DNA of 64,000 nt from Eledone cirrhosa (lineage: Eukaryota), in contig OZ024742.1 of assembly GCA_964016885.1 (NCBI GenBank), positions 319,610,001 to 319,674,000 on the forward strand, in the 5' to 3' direction. Positions 1 through 15,311 of this stretch are shown in pieces. Both the position numbers and the translations under genes were made by a program. The notes under the pieces were generated by a model. It searched no databases. It saw nothing but the letters and a program-made list of their open reading frames with translations, and was not told the DNA's origin. Position 1 is the first letter of the stretch; each line of letters opens with the position of its first letter.

Positions 1-561
1 GTGATGTGATGCCTCCGCATTTTTTCAAACAGGGTCTCAGGTTGAATTCAGATGCCTACGTGGAATTGCTAACCACTGTAGTTAAGCCCTGGATAACAAG
101 GGTAGCCAATAATAGGCCGTATGTATGGCAGCAGTATTCGGCCCCCTGCCACACCTCGGGGAAAAGTCAAAAATGGTTGTCAGCCAATTTTTACGACTAC
201 ACCAGTCCCAATGTTTGGCCTCCAAACTCCCCTGATCTTAACCCGATGGACTATTATGTATGGGGCGCTGTAGAGAAAGACACCAATCGCCATGCCAGTA
301 CTACAAAAGCCCAGTTAATCGACAGAATTAAAGTAGTTTTTGAGAGCCTTCCCAGGGAAAGTGTAAAATCAGCTTGCTCCAGGTTCCGGGCCTGGATTGA
401 GGCTGTAATAGACGCTAATGGCGGTTATTTTGAGTAAAACTCTTTGACAATAGTGTAATTTCCTTGTCCATTGAATTTCTTTTAAATCAAATAAATTTTG
501 TAGATACCAACCACTTTTTCTTTTTCCTGATGAAACTGTCAAATTTATCCCGAACACCCTG
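1..561 (+). mobile_element. 3' part of a Tc1/mariner maT (DD37D) DNA transposon, decayed transposase C-terminus plus right TIR
   Basis: ORF 6-437 has VWQQ[Y]SAPCH...WPPNSPDLNPMDYYVWG. There are 37 residues between the second catalytic position (here D->Y) and the third D. The element ends ...CACCCTG at 561, followed by TA. Confidence 0.88.
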
Positions 562-565
562 TATA

Positions 566-606
<41 letters not shown>

Positions 607-654
607 GTATATATATGTATATATGTATATATGTATGTATATGTATATATATGT

Positions 655-694
<40 letters not shown>

Positions 695-783
695 GTATAT
701 ATATATGTATATATATGTATATATATATGTATATATATGTATATATATGTATATATATATATGTATATATATGTATATATATG

Positions 784-814
<31 letters not shown>

Positions 815-1021
815 GTATATATGTATATATATGTATATATATATATGTATATATATGTATATATATATGTATATATATGTATATATATATGTATATATAT
901 ATATATGTATATATGTATATATATGTATATATATATGTATATATATGTATATATATATGTATATATATGTATATATATATATGTATATATATGTATATAT
1001 ATGTATGTATATATATGTATA

Positions 1022-1064
<43 letters not shown>

Positions 1065-1209
1065 GTATATATATGTATATATATGTATATGTATATGTAT
1101 GTATATGTATGTATATGTATATATATGTATATGTATGCATATGTATATATATGTATATGTATATATATATGTATATATATGTATATGTATATATATATAT
1201 GTGTATATG

Positions 1210-1258
<49 letters not shown>

Positions 1259-1267
1259 GTGTATATG

Positions 1268-1320
<53 letters not shown>

Positions 1321-1500
1321 GTATATGTATATATATATATGTGTGTATATATATATATATGTGTGTATATATATATATATATGTATATGTATATATATAT
1401 GTGTATATATATATATGTGTATATGTATATATGTGTATATGTATATATGTGTATATATATATATATACATGTATATATGTGTATATATATATATATCCTG

Positions 1501-1532
<32 letters not shown>

Positions 1533-1557
1533 CACATATATGTATATATATTTATAT
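562..1557. repeat. (TA)n/(TATATG)n compound microsatellite, ~1 kb
   Basis: Directly visible. It explains the YIYI-type ORFs in all frames. Confidence 0.97.
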
Positions 1558-2430
1558 GTAATAGGAACGAGTAGGACCCCGACGGCTGAGCTCAAGCCGT
1601 TTCGACGGCTAATTCTGGACTAAATGAAAATTTTTATCCTGGTATATGAATAGCCGAGCTTCTCAGGGGGTAATTCTATATATGGTAAAAGTGATTGTAA
1701 CAAGGATTGGTCAAAAGTTTGTTGTTGAGACAAATAATTCTATCATGGCAATTTGTGGAAGGAAGGGGTAGCTGAATCTGCCAGTAGAAGAAAGGGGGAG
1801 AGGGGGTGGAGGAAACCCAGTCGTGCGTTGATAGTGCCAACTACAGCAGGGCAGGAGGTCAAGGAAGTATACTAGGGAGGGGGAGGAAGTCGAAACAATA
1901 AGTAAAACAATATGGGGTAAATATATAGAAAAATACTGAGAATGTTAAAAAAACAATTTAATATAAAAAAAACAAAAAAAAAAAAAATTTCTTTTTACTA
2001 TAACCTAAGGACAGCTATCAAGTCTCTCACTGGTACTGCTAGACTAAAGAAAGGTTTACTAGGTGGGACGAAATTATAATGAGACCCTTTTAAGAGGTAT
2101 TAGTAATCAACCGAGTATATCTTACGGTGACGGGTCAACAAGTGGGGGGCCAAAATACTAAAGAAACTACCACGAAATAATAATTCAGAGTCCCGAGACT
2201 AATACGAAATAGTGGATTCTGGCACAAGGCCAGCAACCACCCAGTGCAAAAAAATAAACTAATACGAAATAATAATTCAGAATCCCGAAAAAGAATACTA
2301 ATACTATCTCTAAGGGTGCTGATACGATACCGTCGGGGTCCTACTCGTTCCTATTACCCACTCTACTACCCTAAGTATTGAGTACTTTGGTGCGTTATGG
2401 TTCACCTGGTTCCTTACCACATTTCCTTCG

Positions 2431-2432
<2 letters not shown>
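1558..2432. mobile_element. Unclassified non-autonomous element with asymmetric inverted repeats, inserted in (TA)n
   Basis: Perfect 28-bp IR at 1558-1585 and 2330-2357, followed by a ~75-bp tail homologous to the tail at 21220-21298. TA arrays lie on both sides. Confidence 0.65.
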
Positions 2433-2479
<47 letters not shown>

Positions 2480-2929
2480 GTATAGGATTACCCTAGATGC
2501 AGTAATGGTTAATTACCTCTGGGGCAATAAATAATTCCAACCTTGACTATCAACACATCCATCGCTTAAGGTAGTCGCTTTAAGAATAACCAGTATAATA
2601 AAACCCTACCATAACATTTTGATTAAGATATCTACAAACCACTCTTTCCTATTTCTCCAACCCCTGCATATCTTTCTCTCTCTCTTCCTCTCCCCTTCTT
2701 TTCTCTCTTCCTTCTTTACTCTATCTTCCCCAATAACCTCACTTAAGGGTATTTACATTTTACATTTTAACCATTCTGCTCTGATGATACAGTGGTCACA
2801 GCATTTGTATATATATATATAGTTTCTGAATTTGTTTAGCAAGATTCTTTATCTGAAAACGTGTGTTGAAACCGATATTGTTATACTTTGGGAGGGTCAT
2901 GTTGCCAATATGAAATGTATATATATATA

Positions 2930-4005
2930 TAATAACTAGAAATTGATTAACATATAAATAAACATGAATAATCACAGGAGATAATTTTTACAAGTGTGTA
3001 AGCACACATAGCTCGGTAGGTAACTAAATAAAGTTAACCAGAACTTCAAAAATAGATACCTTATAATATGATTAATCTTCCCTGTATATATTCCATTAAA
3101 GAAATATATTTCACCAATTAATCGAATGGAAAACCATGGAGGCCGGTACTTGGATTTTCAACAAGGAAGAAGTCCAGCGATCTATGTTTACACTTCGAGT
3201 TCAAATCAGCGACTGGCCAGCAACACGTGCTGTATCTACTAGAAATACACACATCATACCAGCTTCGTCACAGTGGCGTGAATAGGGTTATCGACAACTA
3301 GAAACAGCAGTCAAATCCTTTCAACAGAGTTAGCTCTACAATTAAGTTGCTGATTTGAACTTGAAGTGTAAACATAGATCGTTGGACTTCTTCCTTGTTG
3401 AAAATCCAAGTACCGGCCTCCATGGTTTACCATTCGATTAATTCATCATCATCATTTTACGTCTGCTTTTCCCTGCTTGCAAGGGTGGGACGGGAACTGA
3501 TTCTGGCTTGATTTCTACAGCTGGATGCCCTTCCTAACACCAACCTCATTTACAGTGAGTGCTGGGTGCTTTTTTGCCGTGGCACCTCCACGACCACTTT
3601 GCAGTGGAATGATACGGACCCCAGTCCCTATCATCTCATTTCTACAGCTGAGTAAACTGGAGCAATGTGAAATAAAGTGTGTTGCTCAAGGAAACAACAC
3701 ATCACCCGGTCTGAGAATTGAACTCACAACCTTTCGATTGCAAGGCCAATGCTCTAACCACTAAGCCATGTGCCTCCATATATATATATATATTATATAT
3801 ATAATATAATATATATAATTGGTGAAATATATTTCTTTAATGGAATCTATACAGGGAAGATTAATCATATTATAAGGTATCTATTTTTGAAATTCTGGTT
3901 AACTTTATTGAGTTACCTACCTAGCTATGTGTGCTTACACACTTGTAAAAATTATCTCCTGTGATTATTCATGTTTATTTATGTTAATCAATTTCTAGTT
4001 ATTAT
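2930..4005. mobile_element. Foldback/MITE-like element with ~280-bp inverted arms, right arm interrupted by a SINE
   Basis: 2931-3120 is the reverse complement of ~3816-4004, and 3116-3212 is the reverse complement of ~3343-3443. Confidence 0.8.
3444..3778 (-). mobile_element. tRNA-derived SINE with RTE-derived 3' tail
   Basis: On the minus strand: A box TGGCTTAGTGG, B box GAGTTCAATTC, central TTTCCTTGAGCAACACACTTTA block, then the GGTTGGTGTTAGGAAGGGCATCC...(GAT)n tail shared with RTE copies. TAATT is duplicated around the insert. Confidence 0.82.
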
Positions 4006-4114
4006 AAAATGCTCGGACCTATTCGTTAGAATCTTAGAGCTTATTTTGCGGGTGATATAGCGCATGTCTTTCTGGCATGACACCCATAATTTTGATTATC
4101 TTAATTTTGGATAT

Positions 4115-4177
<63 letters not shown>

Positions 4178-4250
4178 CAGGTATACATGTATATATATAC
4201 AGGTATATATGTATGTGGAAAATGGACGTTAAACGAAGATGATGATGAGA

Positions 4251-4949
4251 TGAACGGCAAAGCATAAACGAACTAAGGGAAAAATTAGAAATAAGAGGGA
4301 TCAGATGTTGTTTACTCGAGAGAAGGCTACGTTGGTATGGTCACATGATGCGCATGAAAGACGACAGCTGTATAAAAAAGTGCAGGGCAATAAAGATAGA
4401 CGGTAGCCACGGTGTAGGCAGACCCAGAAAAACCTGGGACGACCTGATAAATTCCGACCTCACACACTTGCACCTCTCCAAGACAATGTTACTGGACCGA
4501 GATCTTTGGCGGTACTCAGTAATAGAGAAGACCCGCCTTACCTAAATACAAAGTAAAACCTACTACAGTCAGTAGGCATCTCTAACAAAATACACCCCCG
4601 TCCCACCACCCCCACCACATCCCACCACCCCCACCACATCCACGCCGCCCCTTTCAATGTAAAGTTATGTTGGTGCCACAACATCCAGGCCGAAACAAAT
4701 GAGATCGTGTAGGTGTCACGACAAAAAAACACACAGTCCACGCTGTAATGTGGGCCGTGTAGGCAACACGGTAAAAACCTCCCAGTCCCACACAGTAAAT
4801 GTGGTTGGTGTTAGGAAGGGCATCCAGCTGTAGAAAACCCGCCAGACAGTCATATGCGAGCAAGACAACCACTCTTGCCTCAAGTGGGAAAACTCCCGTC
4901 CAAACCCATGCAAGCGCGGAACATGGACGTTAAATGATGATGATGATGA
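4251..4949 (+). mobile_element. RTE LINE 3' end, 5'-truncated
   Basis: Encodes RLRWYGHMMRM...GRPRKTW...DRDLWR, then the 3' UTR and (GAT)n tail. Confidence 0.9.
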
Positions 4950-4951
4950 CA

Positions 4952-5003
<52 letters not shown>

Positions 5004-5042
5004 GTGTATATATATATATGTATGTGTATATATATATATGTG

Positions 5043-5074
<32 letters not shown>

Positions 5075-5086
5075 TGTATATATATG

Positions 5087-5143
<57 letters not shown>

Positions 5144-5154
5144 GTATATATATG

Positions 5155-5185
<31 letters not shown>

Positions 5186-5194
5186 GTATGTATA

Positions 5195-5866
5195 TATACG
5201 TGAACGGCAAAGCATAAACGAACTAAGGAAAAAATTAGAGATAAGAGGGATCAGATGTTGTTTACTCGAGAGAAGGCTGCGTTGGTATGGACACGTGATG
5301 CGCATGAAAGTCGATAGCTGTATTACAAAGTGCAGGGCAATAAAGATAGACGGTAGCCACGGAATAGGCAGACCTAGAAAAACATGGGATGAGCTGATAA
5401 ACTCCGACCTCACACACTTACACCTCTCCAAGACAATGTCACTGGACCGTGACCTTTGGCGGTACTCAGTAACAGAGAAGACCCGCCTTGCCAGTAGGCA
5501 TCTCTAACAAAATACACCCCGTCCCGCCACCACCCCCACCCCATCCACACCACCCCGTTCTATGTAAAGTTATGTTGGTGCCGCGCCATCCAGGCCGAAA
5601 CAAATGAGATCGTGTAGGTGTCACGACAAAAAAACACACAGTCCACGCTGTAATGTGGCCGTGTAGGCAACACGGTAAAAACCTCCCAGACCCACACTGT
5701 AAATGTGGTTGGTGTTAGGAAGGGCATCCAACTGTAGAAAACCTGCCAGACAGTCCTATGCGAGCAAGACAATCACTCTTGCCTCAAGTGGGACTACCCC
5801 CGTCCAAACCCATGCAAGCGTGGAACACGGACGTTAAACGTTGATGATGATGATGATGATGATGAT
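5195..5866 (+). mobile_element. RTE LINE 3' end, 5'-truncated
   Basis: Near-identical to 9180-9867, with [15 protein letters not shown] and the (GAT)n tail. Confidence 0.9.
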
Positions 5867-5991
5867 ATATATGTATATATATATGTATATATATATATAT
5901 GTGTATATATATGTGTGTATATATATATATATATGTGTGTATATATATATATATATGTGTATATATATATATATGTGTATGTATATATATA

Positions 5992-6052
<61 letters not shown>

Positions 6053-6084
6053 ATATACATATATATATATATACATATATATAT

Positions 6085-6678
6085 GGTGGCTGCCAACTCG
6101 TTTTCGAGTACGGCCACTACTTTATATCTATGTAGGAGAACCCCTACCGATGCGCTGAACGAGTGTGAATTTTTAGTCCAGCCAGCGACTTGAAAACTCT
6201 GGTACAAACACTACACTTGTGACAATTATTGACACAGTGCTGGGCCCATGGTACTATGTGACGGCAAGTGCAGAGAGTTCTCCAGATATAAAGCAATGCC
6301 TGTGCCGTGAAGCTTTTATAGTGAGCAAAGGCACTGCACAAAGCCAGTCCCACTCTCTTAACCAAGATGATATTTACCAAAAAGAAGAACAAGTCAACAT
6401 CATTGGATACCATCAGGGTTGCAGGTGTTATATCAGAGTTTTCCTTCTCCTAGAATTCTGCCTTGACAAAGGCTAAGGGGTCATCTCTCCCAGTGATTTT
6501 GGATGGCCATTGACTCTTAAGAGCTCCTTTGCCCTTTGACAGGTTTTGTTTTTAGTCCTGCAGGATGTCAAAAGTCACCCTCCTCACCAAGAAACCTTGG
6601 TGGGGTTGCCAGTTTAGTCGCCAACGACCCGACCATGAGACAGGTTGTACTGGGATACATGTTACCAGTAGCACCAAC
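6085..6678 (-). mobile_element. Bipartite (internally deleted) RTE derivative, copy 1
   Basis: The minus strand has the RTE 5'-UTR-type motif CTAGGAGAAGGAAAACTCTGA joined to a C-terminal C2H2 ([22 protein letters not shown]). It is repeated at 15451-16057. Confidence 0.65.
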
Positions 6679-6683
6679 TAGAA

Positions 6684-8277
<1,594 letters not shown>

Positions 8278-8289
8278 ATTCTAATTCTT

Positions 8290-8324
8290 TCTTCTGATGA
8301 AGGACTAGCGTCCAAAACGTCAAG
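8290..8324 (+). ncRNA. Degenerate minimal type I hammerhead ribozyme (Penelope pLTR-type relic)
   Basis: TCTT CTGATGA A GGAC-TAGC-GTCC AAAA C GTC AAGA. Stem I is TCTT/AAGA, stem II is GGAC/GTCC and stem III is palindromic ACGT. The core GAAA is mutated to AAAA. Confidence 0.7.
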
Positions 8325-8428
8325 ACCCTTTTCCTGCTATTTCAAGCGTTAACCTAACTATACCGATTGTGTTATTTCTGTTTACCTTTTACATACATAT
8401 GTATATATATATATATATTTATATATAT

Positions 8429-9867
8429 GTCCATCAGGGCTCTGTTCTCAGTCCACTACTATTTATTATTGCCCTTCAGGCCATAACAGAGGAGTTCAAG
8501 ACAGGCTGCCCATGGGAACTCCTATACGCAGACGACCTGACACTCATAGCGGAATCAATGGCCGAGCTAGAGAAGAAATTCCAAACATGGAAGCACGGCC
8601 TAGAGTCAAAAGGACTTAAAATTAACCTGGCTAAGACCAAAGTACTAGTTTGTAGGAAAGAAAACAAGGCGGCGGTCCCTTCTGGGAAATGGTCGTGCTC
8701 GGTGTGTAGGAAAGGCGTAGGTAGAAACTCCATTTTATGTCCTAAATGCAAAGTATGGGTGCATAAAAGATGTAGTGGGATCACAGGTAGGCTAACTAAG
8801 AACATAGATTTTACATGTGGCCGGTGCTCTGGTGCAATAAGTAGCAGCAAGTGCCCACAAACTACTAGCTCTTTCAATTGCGCAGAGGGTTCTATAGAAA
8901 TAGTGGACAGCTTCCGTTACCTGGGCGATAAAATCAGCAGTGGGGGAGGGTGCTCTGAAAGTACTGTAGCTAGAGTCAGAACTGGTTGGAAAAAGTTCAG
9001 AGAGCTTATACCACTATTAGCTGCTAAAGGGTTCTCACTAAAAATGAAAGGCAGGTTGTACGATGCCTGCATACGAACAGCAATGCTGCATGGCAGTGAG
9101 ACCTGGGCATTGTGTGCAGAGGATATACGCAGACTAGAGAGGAACGAAGCTTGCATGCTCCGCTGGATGTGTAACAGTAATATACGTGAACGGCAAAGCA
9201 TAAACGAACTAAGGAATAAATTAGAGATAAGAGGGATCAGATGTTGTTTACTCGAGAGAAGGCTACGTTGGTATGGACACGTGATGCGCATGAAAGTCGA
9301 TAGCTGTATAACAAAGTGCAGGGCAATAAAGATAGACGGTAGTCACGGAATAGGCAGACCTAGAAAAACCTGGGACGAGCTGATAAACTCCGACATCACA
9401 CACTTACACCTCTCCAAGACAATGTCACTGGACCGAGACCTTTGGCGGTACTCAGTAACAGAGAAGACCCGCCTTACCTAAATATATAGTAAAACCTACT
9501 CCAGCCAGTAGGCATCTCTAACAAAATACACCCCGTCCCACCACCCCCACCCGATCCACACCACCCCGTTCTATGTAAAGTTATGTTGGTGCCGCGCCAT
9601 CGAGGCCGAAACAAATGAGATCGTGTAGGTGTCACGACAAAAAACACACAGTCCACGCTGTAATGTGGCCGTGTAGGCAACACGGTAAAAACCTCCCAGA
9701 CCCACACTGTAAATGTGGTTGGTGTTAGGAAGGGCATCCAACTGTAGAAAACCTGCCAGACAGTCCTATGCGAGCAAGACAATCACTCTTGCCTCAAGTG
9801 GGACTACCCCCGTCCAAACCCATGCAAGCGTGGAACACGGACGTTAAACGTTGATGATGATGATGAT
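8429..9867 (+). mobile_element. Young 5'-truncated RTE LINE with open RT C-terminal half (CDS 8429-9481) containing a PHD finger
   Basis: Motifs VHQGSVLSPLLF, LLYADDL, GLKINLAKTK, the C4HC3 insert, [20 protein letters not shown] and GRPRKTW are uninterrupted, followed by a (GAT)n tail. Confidence 0.95.
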
Positions 9868-9898
9868 ATATATATATATGTGTGTGTATGTATATATC

Positions 9899-11774
<1,876 letters not shown>

Positions 11775-11786
11775 TACATACGTATA

Positions 11787-12677
11787 CAGGGTGCGAACGA
11801 TATTTGTTCGCAAGATTACTGTCTAGGAAAAAATAACACAGTAGTTTTATTTTTCAAGATTTATCTATCAAACTTGGGTCAGTTTGTCTTCATGACGTGT
11901 TCTTTCGATCTCACTCGATAAACGCGCCATTGGCTTTGATGACGGCCTCAAGGCGGCGTCGGAACCGGCTACAGGCCTTCATCGCTGTCCCCCGACTTAG
12001 GCCCCTAAAGGCACTTGTGATCCTGGCCTTCAGATCGTATTTCGTATTGCAGCTAGATCTGTTGGTGTCTCGTTCCACTCCGCCCCACACAAAGAAGTCG
12101 AGGGGGTTGCAGTCAGGCAAGCTGGGATGCCTGATGTCAGGTGAAGTGTGGTTGACGAAGTTCTCTGACAGCCAGGATTGGGTCTTTCGGCTGGTATGGC
12201 AGGGCGCTGAGTCTTGCTGTCACACGTACGGCCTATCTGCAGCTACCTGGTCGATTCAGGGCTTTACTACCTAGCTCAGAACGCGGATGTAGCCATCGGT
12301 ATTCAGCTTGAGGCCCTCAGGGAAGAAGTGAGGTGGCATGACGTCACCTTGACTGCTGACGACACCTAAGACCAATGTTGTCACTGGAAACTTTGTCTGC
12401 ATGACTCTGGGCACGTCTTTGGATGAGACAGCGAGCCACCTATTGTTCTGGGAGTTGATCTTCTGTCCTTATTTGTCCTCCCATCGCAGATTCCAAGAAG
12501 AACTCCGTGTCTCTTCCACAAATTTGGCGGTTCAAAATGATTCATAATCAATTATTCTGAAAATAAATAATGGAAATATAGTCACTGTTTTTATGAAGAC
12601 AAGAGTGACAACGGAAGTAAAAAAATTTGCATAAAATTAGCAGTTGAAAATTGCGAACAAATATCGTCCACACCCTG
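11787..12677 (-). mobile_element. Internally deleted maT (DD37D) Tc1/mariner transposon
   Basis: 27-bp TIRs CAGGGTGYGRACGATATTTGTTCGCAA (2 mismatches) with TA on both sides. The minus strand reads VWQQDSAPCH...LPDCNPLDFFVWG with D-37-D spacing. Confidence 0.92.
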
Positions 12678-12931
12678 TATATATATGTATGTATATATAT
12701 ATATGCATGTATATGTATGTATATATATATATATATGTATAAATATATATGTATATGTATGTATATAATATATGTGTATGTACATGTATGTGTGTATATA
12801 TATATATGTATATATATATATATGTGTATATATATATGTGTATATATATATATATACGTACATGTATATATGTGTATATAAATGTATATATGTGTGTATA
12901 TATATGTGTGTATGTATATATGTATATATAT

Positions 12932-14278
12932 ATCATCATCATCATCATCATCAACGTTTAACGTCCGTGTTCCACGCTTGCATGGGTTTGGACGGGGGTA
13001 GTCCCACTTGAGGCAAGAGTGATTGTCTTGCTCGCATAGGACCGTCTGGCAGGTTTTCTACAGTTGGATGCCCTTCCTAACACCAACCACATTTACAGTG
13101 TGGGTCTGGGAGGTTTTTACCGTATTGCCTACACGGCCACATTACAGCGTGGACTGTGTGTTTTTTTGTCGTGACACCTACACGATCTTATTTGTTTCGG
13201 CCTGGATGGCGTGGCACCAACGAATGGGGTGGTGGTGGTGGGACGGGGTGTATTTTGTTAGAGATGCCTACTGGCTGGAGTAGGTTTTACTATATATTTA
13301 GGTAAGGCGGGTCTCCTCTGTTACTGAGTACCGCCAAAGGTCTCGGTGGTAAGGCGGGTCTTCTCTGTTACTGAGTACCGCCAAAGTCTCGGTCCAGTGA
13401 CATTGTCTTGGAGAGGTGTAAGTGTGTGATGTCGGAGTTTATCAGCTCGTCTCAGGTTTTTCTAGGTCTGCCTATTCCGTGGCTACCGTCTATCTTTATT
13501 GCCCTGCACTTTGTTATACAGCTATCGACTTTCATGCGCATCACGTGTCCATACCAACGTAGCCTTCTCTCGAGTAAACAACATCTGATCCCTCTTATCT
13601 CTAATTTTTTCCTTAGTTCGTTTATGCTTTGCCGTTCACGTATATTACTGTTACACATCCAGTGGAGCATGCAAGCTTCGTTCCTCTCTAGTCTGCGTAT
13701 ATCCTCTGCACACAATGCCCAGGTCTCACTGCCATGCAACATTGCTGTTCGCATGCAGGCGCCGTACAACCTGCCTTTCATTTTTAGGGAGAACCCTTTA
13801 GCAGCTAATAGTGGTATAAGCTCTCTGAACTTTTTCCAACCAGTTCTGACTCTAGCTACTGTACTTTCAGAGCACCCTCCCTCACTGCTGATTTTATCGC
13901 CCAGGTAACGGAAGCTGTCCACTATTTCTATAGAACCCTCTGCGCAATTGAAAGAGCTAGAATTTTGTGGGCACTTGCTGCTACTTATTGCACCAGAACA
14001 CCGGCCACATGTAAAATCTATGTTCTTAGTTAGCTTACCTGTGATCCCACTACATCTTTTATGCACCCATACTTTGCATTTAGGACATAAAATGGAGTTT
14101 CTACCTACGCCTTTCCTACACACCGAGCACGACCATTTCCCAGAAGGGACCGCCGCCTTGTTTTCTTTCCTACAAACTAGAACTTTGGTCTTAGCCAGGT
14201 TAATTTTAAGTCCTTTTGACTCTAGGCCGTGCTTCCATGTTTGGAATTTCTTCTCTAGCTCGGCCATTGATTCCGCTA
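12932..14278 (-). mobile_element. Young RTE LINE copy, inverted relative to 8547-9867
   Basis: ORF 13452-14267 is almost identical to ORF 8369-9481. It has a TGG->TGA stop after GRPRKT and a ~45-bp local duplication at 13302-13394. Confidence 0.93.
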
Positions 14279-14399
14279 ATATATGTATATATATATATAT
14301 ATATGTATGTATGGAATAGAATGAAACGAAATTTCATTTCTCACTCTTAGTACGGCACTTACTTAATGTGTACCTGTATATATATATATATATATATAT

Positions 14400-14786
14400 G
14401 AAGACCCGCCTTGCCAGTAGGCATCTCTAACAAAATACACCCCGTCCCGCCACCACCCCCACCCCATCCTCACCACCCCGTTCTATGTAAAGTTATGTTG
14501 GTGCCGCGCCATCCAGGCCGAAACAAATGAGATCGTGTAGGTGTCACGACAAAAAAACACACAGTCCACGCTGTAATGTGGCCGTGTACGCAACACGGTA
14601 AAAACCTCCCAGACCCACACTGTAAATGTGGTTGGTGTTAGGAAGGGCATCCAACTGTAGAAAACCTGCCAGACAGTCCTATGCGAGCAAGACAATCACT
14701 CTTGCCTCAAGTGGGACTACCCCCGTCCAAACCCATGCAAGCGTGGAACACGGACGTTAAACGTTGATGATGATGATGATGATGAT
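14400..14786 (+). mobile_element. RTE LINE 3' UTR fragment
   Basis: Near-identical to 5478-5866, including a shared short deletion after AAGACCCGCCTT. Confidence 0.88.
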
Positions 14787-15046
14787 ATATATATATATAT
14801 ATATATATACATGCTACTGTACGTCTGTATACATATATGTATGTACGTATACATACATACTTACATTTAAGTAAGTGCCGTACTAAGAGTGAGAAATGAA
14901 ATTTCGTTTCATTCTATTCCAACTTATCGTTTTCGGTGCGCCTGGCCGACTGAACTCACTCAATATGCAAATTAGGCTGCTCAGCCGTTAATTTTCAGAA
15001 GGAAAGTATATACTTTCGAACGTTCAACCAACTGGCAGAAGGGTAT

Positions 15047-15089
15047 ACGGTGCTGACGATTGCTAACAAGCTTGAAACTAGTACATCGT
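15047..15089 (+). ncRNA. Minimal type I hammerhead ribozyme motif (Penelope/retrozyme type)
   Basis: ACGGTG CTGACGA TT-GCT-AACA-AGC-TT GAAA CTAG TA CATCGT. Stem I is ACGGTG/CATCGT, the core is intact, stem III is palindromic ACTAGT and the cleavage triplet is GUA. The base of stem II is mismatched. Confidence 0.7.
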
Positions 15090-15242
15090 TCCTGTGTCAG
15101 TGTTGAACAAAAAGGTGACGTGGTTGCCTTAACACCGTACGGCATAAATCAGGCTGTCAATTTGTTTACAAACGGACAAAGCGAGCGTTATAATAAACGT
15201 CCACTAAACTGATACGTACATATATATATGTGTACCTGTATG

Positions 15243-15311
<69 letters not shown>

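Noticed and set aside
2783-2900. CTGATGA ... GAAAC as a possible third hammerhead
   Set aside because: I could not build convincing stems I-III around the core.
3700-3778. tRNA-like sequence on the minus strand
   Set aside because: It is a SINE head: the cloverleaf is degenerate and it continues into the SINE body and LINE tail.
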